Assembly: GCA_007132995.1 (NCBI GenBank)
Contig: SLNP01000023.1
Coordinates: 618 to 64,617 of the forward strand
Length of the DNA: 64,000 nt
Origin: Bacteroidales bacterium
Lineage (GTDB): Bacteria; Bacteroidota; Bacteroidia; Bacteroidales; VadinHA17
Direction: 5' to 3'
Of the stretch, positions 27,512-37,032 are shown piece by piece. Each line of letters begins with the position of its first letter. Position 1 is the stretch's first letter. A program made the position numbers and the translations under genes. The notes under the pieces were generated by a model. That model was not told where the DNA came from. It did not search any database and worked only from the letters and a program-made list of their open reading frames with translations.

Positions 27512-28468
27512 CTATGTTGTGAAAAGAGATTCAACATAATCTCTCGGGTTGAATAGCAGGAGATCATCAGGTTTTTCTCCGGTACCAATATACTTTACAG
27601 GTATTTTGAACTGGTCGGAGATGCCTATCACCACTCCACCCTTTGCGGTGCCATCAAGTTTGGTAACGGCAAGTGCTGTAACTTCGGTCACCGCTGTGAA
27701 TTGGCGTGCCTGCTCGAAGGCATTCTGGCCGGTTGAGCCGTCAAGTATCAGAAGTACCTCATGGGGAGCACCATCTATAACCTTTCCTGCGGCTCTCTTT
27801 ATTTTTGAAAGCTCATTCATAAGGTTGCTCTTGTTATGGAGCCTACCGGCAGTGTCAATAATAACGATATCAGCATTTGAGGCAATAGCTGAGCTGACTG
27901 TGTCGTAAGCTACAGAGGCAGGGTCAGATCCCATTTTCTGCTTTATAAGTTCGACTCCTGCCCTGTCTGCCCATATCTGAAGCTGATCAATGGCTGCTGC
28001 CCTGAATGTGTCGGCTGCGCCCAGAATAACCTTTTTTCCTCCTTTGGTAAAGTGGTGGGCCATTTTCGCTATGGTGGTTGTCTTCCCAACCCCATTGACC
28101 CCTACCACCATTATCACATAAGGCACCGGCGGTTCATAATTGAGATTGAAACCTGTGATATCGCTGCCTCCTGCGGCGAGCAAAGCTTCGGTCTCTTCTC
28201 TCAGTATGGTGTTTAACTCGTTTGTATTAAGGTACCTGTCTCTTTTTACCCGATCCTCTATCCTCTCAATTATCTTAAGGGTTGTCTCTACACCAACATC
28301 AGATGCGATTAGCATCTCCTCGAGGTTGTCTAGAACGGTATCATCGACTTTCGATCTGCCGGCCACTGCCCTGCCGATCCTGGTAAAAAGGGTCTGTCTT
28401 GTCTTGTCCAGGCCCTCTTTAAGATTCTCTTTTTTATTCTCACCACGGAAAATGTCGAATAGTCCCAT
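27512..28468 (-). CDS. ftsY: Signal recognition particle receptor FtsY
   Basis: NG domain with GVNGVGKTTT, DTAGR, TKLDGTAKGG. ATG at 28468 (MGLFDIF) is preferred over TTG at 28477. Confidence 0.95.
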   Translation of the reverse strand: MGLFDIFRGENKKENLKEGLDKTRQTLFTRIGRAVAGRSKVDDTVLDNLEEMLIASDVGVETTLKIIERIEDRVKRDRYLNTNELNTILREETEALLAAGGSDITGFNLNYEPPVPYVIMVVGVNGVGKTTTIAKMAHHFTKGGKKVILGAADTFRAAAIDQLQIWADRAGVELIKQKMGSDPASVAYDTVSSAIASNADIVIIDTAGRLHNKSNLMNELSKIKRAAGKVIDGAPHEVLLILDGSTGQNAFEQARQFTAVTEVTALAVTKLDGTAKGGVVIGISDQFKIPVKYIGTGEKPDDLLLFNPRDYVESLFTT

Positions 28469-28579
28469 ATCGAACAAATTGAAGTATACACCTTTGTATA
28501 TCAGGCTCTCAAAGATAGAAAAAAAGCCCCCATCCTGTCGAAGAGAGCTTCCTGGTAATAAAAGATATATACCGTTGGT

Positions 28580-28735
28580 TTACTTCTTGTTAAAAAAGTC
28601 CTTAATGTGGTCGTTGTGAACTACCTCTTCCCTGAAGGTGTAGGCGCCTGTCTTCTCAGACTTAACCATCTTTATGCACTTGGTAAAGGCCTTGCCTTTA
28701 CCCGACTTTAGTGTTGCTACTACTTTCTTTGCCAT
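28580..28735 (-). CDS. DUF4295-family small protein (51 aa), absent from the ORF track
   Basis: Hand translation: MAKKVVATLKSGKGKAFTKCIKMVKSEKTGAYTFREEVVHNDHIKDFFNKK*. ATG at 28735, TAA at 28580-28582. Occupies the conserved Bacteroidota slot between rpmG and ftsY. Confidence 0.8.
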   Translation of the reverse strand: MAKKVVATLKSGKGKAFTKCIKMVKSEKTGAYTFREEVVHNDHIKDFFNKK

Positions 28736-28748
28736 ATATCAGAGTGGT

Positions 28749-28937
28749 TTATTTTATTTCCCTGTGTATTGTCATCCTCTTAAGTATAGGATTGTATTTT
28801 TTCAGCTCCAATCTGTCAGGTGTGTTCTTTCTGTTTTTGGTACTTATATATCTTGAGGTACCGGGCATACCCGACTCCTTATGTTCTTTACATTCAAGAA
28901 TTACCTGTAATCTGTTGCCTTTCGCTTTCTTTGCCAT
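28749..28937 (-). CDS. rpmG: 50S ribosomal protein L33
   Basis: [62 protein letters not shown], a typical L33. Confidence 0.95.
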   Translation of the reverse strand: MAKKAKGNRLQVILECKEHKESGMPGTSRYISTKNRKNTPDRLELKKYNPILKRMTIHREIK

Positions 28938-28950
28938 CTCAATTCAGGTT

Positions 28951-29193
28951 TTAATATTTTGTTATATACCCCTTCTCCTTTGCCTTTTTCAGGGCACTGG
29001 TGAGTCCTATCTTGTTTATATTCCTCATTCCGGCGGCAGATACTTTAAGGGATATCCACCTCTCTTCATCTTCAAGGAAATATCTCTTTATGAAAAGATT
29101 GGGGTAGAACTTTCTTTTTGATTTCCTGTTTGAGTGAGACACCTTGTGACCACTCATTACCCTTTTACCTGTTACCTGACAAACTTTTGACAT
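28951..29193 (-). CDS. rpmB: 50S ribosomal protein L28
   Basis: MSKVCQVTGKRVMSGHKVSHSNRKSKRKFYPNL..., a typical L28. Confidence 0.95.
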   Translation of the reverse strand: MSKVCQVTGKRVMSGHKVSHSNRKSKRKFYPNLFIKRYFLEDEERWISLKVSAAGMRNINKIGLTSALKKAKEKGYITKY

Positions 29194-29315
29194 CTTGCTC
29201 TGAGTTTTTTACCGTCTTTTACTCCGGCCAGCTAAACTCCGCTTTAACAGGCCTTGAAAATCGAGTCGCAAAGGTCGTAATTTTATTTCAAACAAACAAA
29301 CATGGGGCGCTTTTT

Positions 29316-30551
29316 TTACTCCACATCCCTCTCCAGCTCCAATCTCAGAAGGTTAAGGGCGGCTATTGAAGATCTGGTAATGTTCACCTCTCTGTCCCAT
29401 GCGAAGCTATGTTCCTCTGTTATAGTGTTTTTCGGGGTAGATACCGCTATCCATACTGTGCCAGCCGGTTTGCTCTCTGTTCCTCCGTCAGGTCCGGCAA
29501 TACCGGTAGTTGCAATGGAATAGTCACTGCCTGTTACCTTTTTAACCCCTTCTGCCATTACCATGACACACTCCTCGCTTACCGCTCCCCGGATCTCTAT
29601 GGTACTCTCGGGTACTCCCAGAATGTCGGTTTTTAAACTATTGGAATAGGCCACAACAGACCCCTTGAAATAGTTGCTGCATCCAGGTATTGATACCAGA
29701 AGGGAGCTGATGGCTCCTCCGGTACAGCTTTCGGCAACAGATAGTGTCATCTGCCTCTCTGATAATAGCTCTGCAACCCTTTTCTCTATAGTCAGGTCAC
29801 CTTCGCCAACAATAATATCAGGTATTATCCGGTACAACTCCCTGATTTTTTCATCGGCCAACGCCTCTGCCCCTCTCCTGCCTGTGAATCTCAGGCGTAT
29901 TGTTCCATATGAGGGTAAATAGGCTATAGACAACTCTTCAGGAAGGGTCTGGCAAAATGGGTTCAGCCTCTCTGCAAGCTGCGCCTCCGGCAATCCATAT
30001 GTGATTACATAACGGTGAAAAATACCACCTGATGGGAGTAATGGTTTAAGCCCCGGAATCACATGCTCTTTCACAATATGCCTCATCTCATAGGGAACTC
30101 CAGGAAGAGATATGACTATTGAGCCTCTCTCCCTGAACCACATACCCGGTGCGGTTCCCATTCTGTTCATAAGTACCTTGCAGTTATCCGGCACCTTAGC
30201 CTGATCGCGATTATTCGCCGTTAACCCCACCCCCCTTTTGGCAAGAAGGTTTCTGATGTTTTCAAGAACCTCGCTGTTGGTTACCATAGTGGCACCAAAG
30301 TAGTCGGCCAGGCTCTTCTTGGTAATATCATCGCGGGTGGGGCCCAGCCCGCCGGTAATTATGACCAGATCAAGCCTGCCAACGGTGTCATCAAGTGCCT
30401 CTGTTATCGCTGCGGCACTGTCTGAAATAACATGAATTCCGGTAACATCTACCCCAAGGGTGTTAAGCTCAGAGGCTATAAATGCTGAATTGGAGTCGGT
30501 TGTCTGTCCTGTCAATATTTCATCTCCGACGGCAACTATCTCTGCTTTCAT
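29316..30551 (-). CDS. cinA: Competence/damage-inducible protein CinA (MoCF-binding domain plus PncC-type NMN amidohydrolase domain)
   Basis: MKAEIVAVGDEILTGQTTDSNSAFI N-terminus, VIITGGLGPTRDDITK, C-terminal SVAESCTGG. Confidence 0.9.
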   Translation of the reverse strand: MKAEIVAVGDEILTGQTTDSNSAFIASELNTLGVDVTGIHVISDSAAAITEALDDTVGRLDLVIITGGLGPTRDDITKKSLADYFGATMVTNSEVLENIRNLLAKRGVGLTANNRDQAKVPDNCKVLMNRMGTAPGMWFRERGSIVISLPGVPYEMRHIVKEHVIPGLKPLLPSGGIFHRYVITYGLPEAQLAERLNPFCQTLPEELSIAYLPSYGTIRLRFTGRRGAEALADEKIRELYRIIPDIIVGEGDLTIEKRVAELLSERQMTLSVAESCTGGAISSLLVSIPGCSNYFKGSVVAYSNSLKTDILGVPESTIEIRGAVSEECVMVMAEGVKKVTGSDYSIATTGIAGPDGGTESKPAGTVWIAVSTPKNTITEEHSFAWDREVNITRSSIAALNLLRLELERDVE

Positions 30552-30625
30552 CTCATTTAGCCATTTGCATGTATCTCATCCACATAACGATACAGAGCAC
30601 AATCTATATCTGCCGATGAGACCAT

Positions 30626-31372
30626 TCAGGTTAGCATGCCTCCACAAACATTGATAACCTGGCCCGTAATATATCCTGACATATCGGAAGCGAGGAAGAG
30701 GGTAGCAGCAGCAACATCATCGGGAGTACCGCCTCTTTTAAGGGGAATCTTCTCCGCCCACTCCTTTTTGACATCCTCAGGAAGGCTATCTGTCATGTCG
30801 GTAAGAATAAATCCCGGTGCAATTGCATTGCATCTTATGCTACGAGAGCCGAGCTCCTTTGCAACACTCTTGGTGAAGCCTATTATTCCGGCTTTTGAGG
30901 CGGAGTAGTTTGACTGCCCGGCGTTTCCCGATACTCCAACTACAGAACTCATATTAATAATTGATCCGGAGCGCTGTTTCATCATCGGACGAAGAACCGC
31001 CTTTGTGAGGTTGAAAACAGATTTGAGGTTAACCTCAAGAACCTGATCCCATTGCTCCTCTGTCATCCTCATCAGTAGCGTGTCACGGGTTATTCCCGCG
31101 TTGTTTACAAGAATATCTATAGACCCGAACTCTTCAAGTACCTCTTCTGCGAGCTTCTGTGACTCTTCGAAGTTGGCCGCATTTGAAACATAGCATCGTG
31201 CTTTAACTCCGAGCTCCTCGCACTCCTTTGCTACCGCACAAAAGTCATCTTCCTGTACAATGTTGGTTATTGCAATATTGGCACCCTCGGCTGCAAGCCT
31301 TATGGCAATTGTTTTACCAATACCTCTTGAGGCCCCTGTTATAAGAGCCGTTTTACCCTCTAGCAGTTTCAT
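30626..31372 (-). CDS. fabG: 3-oxoacyl-[acyl-carrier-protein] reductase FabG
   Basis: TGASRGIG, NNAGIT, catalytic YSASKAG, C-terminal GQVINVCGGM. 248 aa. Confidence 0.88.
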   Translation of the reverse strand: MKLLEGKTALITGASRGIGKTIAIRLAAEGANIAITNIVQEDDFCAVAKECEELGVKARCYVSNAANFEESQKLAEEVLEEFGSIDILVNNAGITRDTLLMRMTEEQWDQVLEVNLKSVFNLTKAVLRPMMKQRSGSIINMSSVVGVSGNAGQSNYSASKAGIIGFTKSVAKELGSRSIRCNAIAPGFILTDMTDSLPEDVKKEWAEKIPLKRGGTPDDVAAATLFLASDMSGYITGQVINVCGGMLT

Positions 31373-31437
31373 TGAAAAATGTTTATTGGTTAATACTATG
31401 ATATTAAAGGTGATGATGGTGCTATTGATACACCTGG

Positions 31438-32310
31438 TTACCGGCCTGTAAGGCGGGCAACTGTTTTCCCTATCTCAGCGGGAGACTCTATCACCTCTAT
31501 TCCACACTCTCTCATTATTGCGATCTTGGCATCAGCGGTATCTTCCTTCCCTCCTATAATGGCACCGGCATGCCCCATCTTCCTGCCCTTTGGCGCTGTC
31601 TTTCCGGCAATAAATGCGGCTACGGGCTTGGTTCCATTATCTTTAATCCACTTTGCCGCATCTGTCTCCATAGATCCGCCAATCTCTCCTATCACCACTA
31701 TGATTTCCGTATCCTGATCATCCATCATTAGCTTTACAGCATCGAGCGTAGTGGTACCGATTATCGGGTCTCCGCCGATGCCTATACAGGTTGACTGACC
31801 CATGCCAAGTTTGGTTATCTGGTCTACCGCTTCATAGGTAAGGGTTCCTGAGCGTGATACTACTCCTACCCCACCCTTCTGATGTATGAAACCCGGCATA
31901 ATGCCGACCTTGGCCTCTTCAGGGGTAATTATACCCGGACAGTTGGGGCCTATGAGGCGACAGTCATATCCCTTGAGATACTCTCTGACCCTTACCATAT
32001 CACTAACAGGTATACCCTCGGTAATGGCAACAATAACCTTGATGCCGGCCTCTGCCGCCTCCATGATGGCATCTGCCCCAAATCGGGGAGGCACAAAAAT
32101 TACAGAGACATCAGCATCTGTTTCAGAAACAGCATCAGAGACTGTATTAAATACGGGTAGGCCCAGGTGTTTCATACCTCCCTTGCCGGGGGTTACACCA
32201 CCGCTAACAGTGGTTCCATAACTTATCATCTGCTCAGCATGGAAGGTTCCTTCACTACCGGTGAAACCCTGTACAATTACTCTTGAATCTTTGTTGACCA
32301 GTACACTCAT
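31438..32310 (-). CDS. sucD: Succinyl-CoA synthetase (ADP/GDP-forming) alpha subunit
   Basis: [23 protein letters not shown], phospho-His loop MGHAGAII. No sucC adjacent in this window. Confidence 0.93.
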   Translation of the reverse strand: MSVLVNKDSRVIVQGFTGSEGTFHAEQMISYGTTVSGGVTPGKGGMKHLGLPVFNTVSDAVSETDADVSVIFVPPRFGADAIMEAAEAGIKVIVAITEGIPVSDMVRVREYLKGYDCRLIGPNCPGIITPEEAKVGIMPGFIHQKGGVGVVSRSGTLTYEAVDQITKLGMGQSTCIGIGGDPIIGTTTLDAVKLMMDDQDTEIIVVIGEIGGSMETDAAKWIKDNGTKPVAAFIAGKTAPKGRKMGHAGAIIGGKEDTADAKIAIMRECGIEVIESPAEIGKTVARLTGR

Positions 32311-32526
32311 GTTGATCTCATTTAATTAGAAACATCGATGCCGGAACCGGAACCGGAGCTTCAAATATAAATCAAAATAGCATGATTGACTATATTTTCC
32401 TGCTCTAATTGACCTGCTGTCATGTGACCATGCTGAAATAACGGCACCCGGCAGCTGCCCTGAAGCATTTGAGGGTGAGAGTGGTGTAGCTCTTGTGAAT
32501 AGTGAACTCATTTGGTTAATCTTTAC

Positions 32527-32534
32527 TACTTTTG
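32527..32534 (+). promoter_or_regulatory. Candidate -7 promoter box TACTTTTG for mnmE
   Basis: Matches TAnnTTTG, 22 nt upstream of ATG 32556. It overlaps the alternative TTG start at 32532, which argues against that start. Confidence 0.35.
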
Positions 32535-32555
32535 CATATCACCAAAGAGTATGTT

Positions 32556-33956
32556 ATGCTTAGGTATGAAGAGACCATATGCTCACCGGTGCATAAGCCG
32601 GGAACCGCCATATCGATAATACGACTGTCGGGCAGTGATGCCATATCGATAGTCGGAAGGGTTTTTACCCCTAAAGACAGAAGATCAATCGATGGTCTTC
32701 AGGGCTATACGCTGCTTTTGGGAGATATTACCGATGGCGACAGATACATTGACCAGGTTATGGTCTCTCTATTCAAATCACCCCGCTCCTATACCGGCGA
32801 GGATATGGCTGAGATCTCCTGTCACGGCTCGTGGTATATTCAGAGCAAGATAATGGAGCTGTTGATAAGAGAGGGTGCGATGGCTGCCCGTCCCGGTGAA
32901 TTTACCCGACGCGCCTTTATAAATGGTAAGATGGATCTGGTGCAGGCAGAGGCTGTTGCCGACCTTATAGCTGCAGAGGCTGAGGCGGCTCACCGTATAG
33001 CAGTAAATCAGCTCAGGGGTGGATACTCAGAGAAGTTTGGTGAACTGAGAAAAGACCTGCTTGAGCTGACGACCCTGCTGGAGTTGGAACTCGATTTTGC
33101 AGAGGAGGATCTGGAGTTTGCAGACCGGCGAAAGCTGCTTGAGCTTACCGAGAGGGTAAAGAGCTATTCGGACAGCCTTGCGGTAACCTTTTCGGCAGGT
33201 AATGCTATCAGGAAAGGGGTTCCCGTAGCAATTGCCGGCAGACCCAATGTGGGCAAATCGACACTGCTTAACGGAATACTGAATGAGGAGCGTGCAATCG
33301 TTTCTGAGATACCTGGAACCACCCGCGATTCCATCGAAGACACATATGTTATTGATGGCATTCTGTACAGGTTTATAGATACTGCCGGTATAAGAGCTAC
33401 CGATGACCGTATAGAGAGCATAGGCGTGAGAAAGGCTATAGAGAAGATATCCGGTGCAGCTCTGGTTATTTTTGTTACAGAGGGCTTTCTCGGACCTGAT
33501 GTGATAAAGGGAGAGGTTGGAGACTTCATTAATGATATGCTTGGCAGGGAGGCGCACCTGCTTGTGGTCGTAAACAAGTCTGATCTTGCCACCGATGGAC
33601 ATGCAGGTAAGATTGCAGGGTCGCTTTCCCTGCTTGGTGACTTTCCTGTTGTGTTTATGTCGGCCAGAGAGAGCTCTGACTATGACTCACTGCGTAGCGC
33701 CCTTGGCACATTGTCGGAGAAGCTGATGCAGTCGGGAGAAGATACCATTGTAACGAATGTCCGTCACTATGAGGCCCTTATCAAGGTGTCTGAAGCCGCC
33801 GGCAGAGCCGGTGATGCCCTTAAGGGCGGCCTCTCTTCCGATCTTGTTGCTGTTGAGGTCAGACATGCCATTCACTACCTTGGTGAAATTACCGGACAGG
33901 TGACAACCGACGAGGTGCTCGCCAATATCTTCAGCAACTTCTGCATCGGCAAGTAG
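32556..33956 (+). CDS. mnmE: tRNA uridine-5-carboxymethylaminomethyl modification GTPase MnmE
   Basis: G1 GRPNVGKSTLLN, DTAG, NKSD, C-terminal FCIGK motif. Confidence 0.93.
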   Translation: MLRYEETICSPVHKPGTAISIIRLSGSDAISIVGRVFTPKDRRSIDGLQGYTLLLGDITDGDRYIDQVMVSLFKSPRSYTGEDMAEISCHGSWYIQSKIMELLIREGAMAARPGEFTRRAFINGKMDLVQAEAVADLIAAEAEAAHRIAVNQLRGGYSEKFGELRKDLLELTTLLELELDFAEEDLEFADRRKLLELTERVKSYSDSLAVTFSAGNAIRKGVPVAIAGRPNVGKSTLLNGILNEERAIVSEIPGTTRDSIEDTYVIDGILYRFIDTAGIRATDDRIESIGVRKAIEKISGAALVIFVTEGFLGPDVIKGEVGDFINDMLGREAHLLVVVNKSDLATDGHAGKIAGSLSLLGDFPVVFMSARESSDYDSLRSALGTLSEKLMQSGEDTIVTNVRHYEALIKVSEAAGRAGDALKGGLSSDLVAVEVRHAIHYLGEITGQVTTDEVLANIFSNFCIGK

Positions 33957-34011
33957 TTGCCCTCTTATCCTTTATTCTTCAGAATTGTCTCTGTGCCTTG
34001 CCGGGTCTGGA

Positions 34012-35436
34012 TTAGCCGGTCAGCCATGTCCATATCATAACAGATATAAATGCAGCCATAGGACCTATCACTATAAGAAATAGGCCTCCGGGACGAAAAT
34101 CTTTCGCTTCTAGCAGACCCGTTGCGTAGGCTATAGCGTTGGGTGGGGTCGATACCGGAAGCAGAAGTGCACAACTGCAGCTGAGTGCGACAATAAGGGG
34201 CAGGGCTATGTTGAAGGGGGCAGGTAATGTTATTGCCAGAGGAATAAGTATCGCAGCCGCTGCGGTGTTACTCATAACATTCGATAGCACTACAGCTACA
34301 AGGCTGAATATGACGGCAACAATCAGTGTCGGTACCGGAAGGGTTTTGATGCCACTCATCACTATATCTGCCAGCCCAACATCTACCAGTGCAAGTCCCA
34401 GCGCGAGCCCGCCTGCAACCAGCATAAGTGTTTCCCATGGAAGCGATCTCACCTGGTCTGCTGTTATTACCTGGGTGAGAGTAAGAAGTACAATAGGTAC
34501 AGCTGCAGTTGCAGCTACGGGTATGCCGTGAAGTGGCTCTGTCAGCCATAGGGTAATGGTGATAAAGAAGGTGACGACTACTGCCCTTCTCTTGTATGGC
34601 TCAATATTGCCTGACTCTCTCTTTTCAACAAGGTCTGATACATCAATTTTTACCTCATCCAGATTCAATCTTCTGATAAGGTATTTGTAAAACAGCCAGA
34701 CAAGCAGAATGCCTGTCGGGAATCCAACTATCATCCACTCGACAAAAGAGATGGAAACACCTCTCTCCTGGAGAGCCCCAACAGCTATGGCGTTTGGGGT
34801 GCTGCCTATAATGGTGCCCATACCCCCTACAGTAGCTGCCGCGGGTATACCAATAAGAAGTGCCCTTGAGTAATTTGATTTCCGCCCAAGTGAGTGGACT
34901 ACAGGCAGTATAGATGATATCATCATGGCAGAGGTAGCGGTATTTGACATTATCATACTTACCAGGGCAGTTGTCATCATAAGTCCGAAAAGGAGCCTTT
35001 CCGGCGACTTCCCGAAACGCGTAACTGTTTGGCGGAAAATGTAGTGATCCAGTTCAACCTCCCGCATACCCAGGGCAAGGAAAAAACCTCCCATCAGAAG
35101 CCATACAACATTACTTGTCCATGTGCCCACATAGAGTTCTACCGGAGCACTCTCATCAATCAGAAAGTCGGTCCCGAAACCAAATAGCAGCATTGCAATA
35201 ATAAATATTCCAACGGCAAACGGAGGGATAGCCTCAGTTACCCAGAGGCCTACGGCCAATATGGTAAGAAGGAATACATAGTCTACAGCATCGCCGTAAC
35301 CTATTTGTCTGAAGAAGTAGGTGATGATGAGCGCAATGGCAAGATTACCTATAAAGGTAGAGGTGTTAAAAACCCATGCTAGCCCTGTTCTTCCGTAGTA
35401 CTTGAGCGCTGCCCGTCTGCTGTCGTTAGATGACAT
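34012..35436 (-). CDS. DASS/SLC13 family anion:sodium symporter
   Basis: Duplicated hairpin motifs SNTATSAMM and SNTAAAAIL. About 12-14 TM segments. 474 aa. Confidence 0.8.
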   Translation of the reverse strand: MSSNDSRRAALKYYGRTGLAWVFNTSTFIGNLAIALIITYFFRQIGYGDAVDYVFLLTILAVGLWVTEAIPPFAVGIFIIAMLLFGFGTDFLIDESAPVELYVGTWTSNVVWLLMGGFFLALGMREVELDHYIFRQTVTRFGKSPERLLFGLMMTTALVSMIMSNTATSAMMISSILPVVHSLGRKSNYSRALLIGIPAAATVGGMGTIIGSTPNAIAVGALQERGVSISFVEWMIVGFPTGILLVWLFYKYLIRRLNLDEVKIDVSDLVEKRESGNIEPYKRRAVVVTFFITITLWLTEPLHGIPVAATAAVPIVLLTLTQVITADQVRSLPWETLMLVAGGLALGLALVDVGLADIVMSGIKTLPVPTLIVAVIFSLVAVVLSNVMSNTAAAAILIPLAITLPAPFNIALPLIVALSCSCALLLPVSTPPNAIAYATGLLEAKDFRPGGLFLIVIGPMAAFISVMIWTWLTG

Positions 35437-35444
35437 ATCTCTGA

Positions 35445-35864
35445 TTAATGGCGGTTAGTCCAAAACAGTATAGATCGCCTTACCCTCAGGGGGTAGCCAG
35501 ACTCTTTCCATCCGGTAATCCCGTCGGTTATGAAATAGATGGTGCCCCGGTACTCCATCTCCTTAAGTGCCTCAATAAACCTGCCTGATCTGTTATTTGT
35601 AGTGCAATAGATAACTATCTCTCTCTTGTCAAGATACCTTCTGATGCGTCTCTGGCTATTCTCCTGATTGATATCGATATTGACCGCGCCCCGGATATGG
35701 CCCGACCGGTACATTTCGGACGATCGGGCGTCAATAATCACCGAGTGTCTGCGCTTCAGGGTATCCGATATCTCAGGGAAATCTGACGCCTCAATGCTGA
35801 TAACAGATTGTGCGTCAGCCGATATTGCAATAAATGCGAAAATAGCAGCTACAAAAAGTCGCAT
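35445..35864 (-). CDS. Secreted rhodanese-domain protein
   Basis: Signal peptide MRLFVAAIFAFIAISADA. IIDARSSEMYRSGHIRGAVNI. Active-site-like loop IYCTTNNRSG. Confidence 0.8.
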   Translation of the reverse strand: MRLFVAAIFAFIAISADAQSVISIEASDFPEISDTLKRRHSVIIDARSSEMYRSGHIRGAVNIDINQENSQRRIRRYLDKREIVIYCTTNNRSGRFIEALKEMEYRGTIYFITDGITGWKESGYPLRVRRSILFWTNRH

Positions 35865-35906
35865 GATAGCTATACGAAAACTCCGTAATAAAAGATGATC
35901 TTAAGA

Positions 35907-36359
35907 CTATGCAAGCTTAACCCTGCAGGCATTCATCCCCTTTGGACCCTTTTCAATGTCATAGACAACCCTGTCGTTCTCATCAATAACATCGATGGTG
36001 TCATTCACATGAAAGAATACTCTCTCATTGGAGATCTTGTCAATGATAAAACCGAAACCCTTGGAACTGTTGAAAAAGGAGACCTTGCCCTCTCTTCTGC
36101 CGGTCATCTCCTCCTCTTCCTCCTTTTTGGATACGCTGACTTCGATATCCTCCGCCTTAACTACACTCTTTTCATCCGGATCGGGTGGCGTATCGGTTAT
36201 ATTTCCGAATTCGTCAACATAGGCTATCATATCGTCGAACGATTTGCCCTGCTCACTGTTTTGTTTTCGCCCCTCCCGTTTCGCCAGCTTCTCTTTTTTC
36301 TTTTTCTCTCTCTTTTTTTCTCTCTCTTTTTTGCTGAATGATTCCTGCGATCTGCCCAT
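35907..36359 (-). CDS. Cold-shock-domain protein with Lys/Glu-rich N-terminal extension
   Basis: C-terminal CSD GKVSFFNSSKGFGFIIDK...VFFHVND. N-terminal KKEREKKREKKKKEKLAKREGRK encoded by a polypurine tract. Confidence 0.85.
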   Translation of the reverse strand: MGRSQESFSKKEREKKREKKKKEKLAKREGRKQNSEQGKSFDDMIAYVDEFGNITDTPPDPDEKSVVKAEDIEVSVSKKEEEEEMTGRREGKVSFFNSSKGFGFIIDKISNERVFFHVNDTIDVIDENDRVVYDIEKGPKGMNACRVKLA

Positions 36360-36470
36360 ATAACATTTTTGATTCTTAATAGGATTTTGGCAAAGGTACT
36401 TATAAATTCATTAATAGAGAACAGCGACCTGGCTCTCATGACCAATTCAGAGGGAAGGGAGAAAAAAAAA

Positions 36471-36494
36471 TGGGAAGCCTCCGGGGGCTTCCCA
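36471..36494 (-). terminator. Rho-independent terminator after the V-ATPase operon
   Basis: TGGGAAGCC-tccggg-GGCTTCCCA 9-bp stem. A9 run at 36462-36470 gives a U-tract on the minus strand. Lies 32 nt after the subunit K stop. Confidence 0.7.
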
Positions 36495-36525
36495 TTCTGT
36501 AATCACCTTATATTCTGTCTTATAC

Positions 36526-37029
<504 letters not shown>

Positions 37030-37032
37030 TTA

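Noticed and set aside
32341-32358. (CCGGAR)x3 hexamer repeat 30 nt upstream of the sucD start
   Set aside because: Only three short units. Could be chance. No associated regulator or matching site elsewhere in the window.
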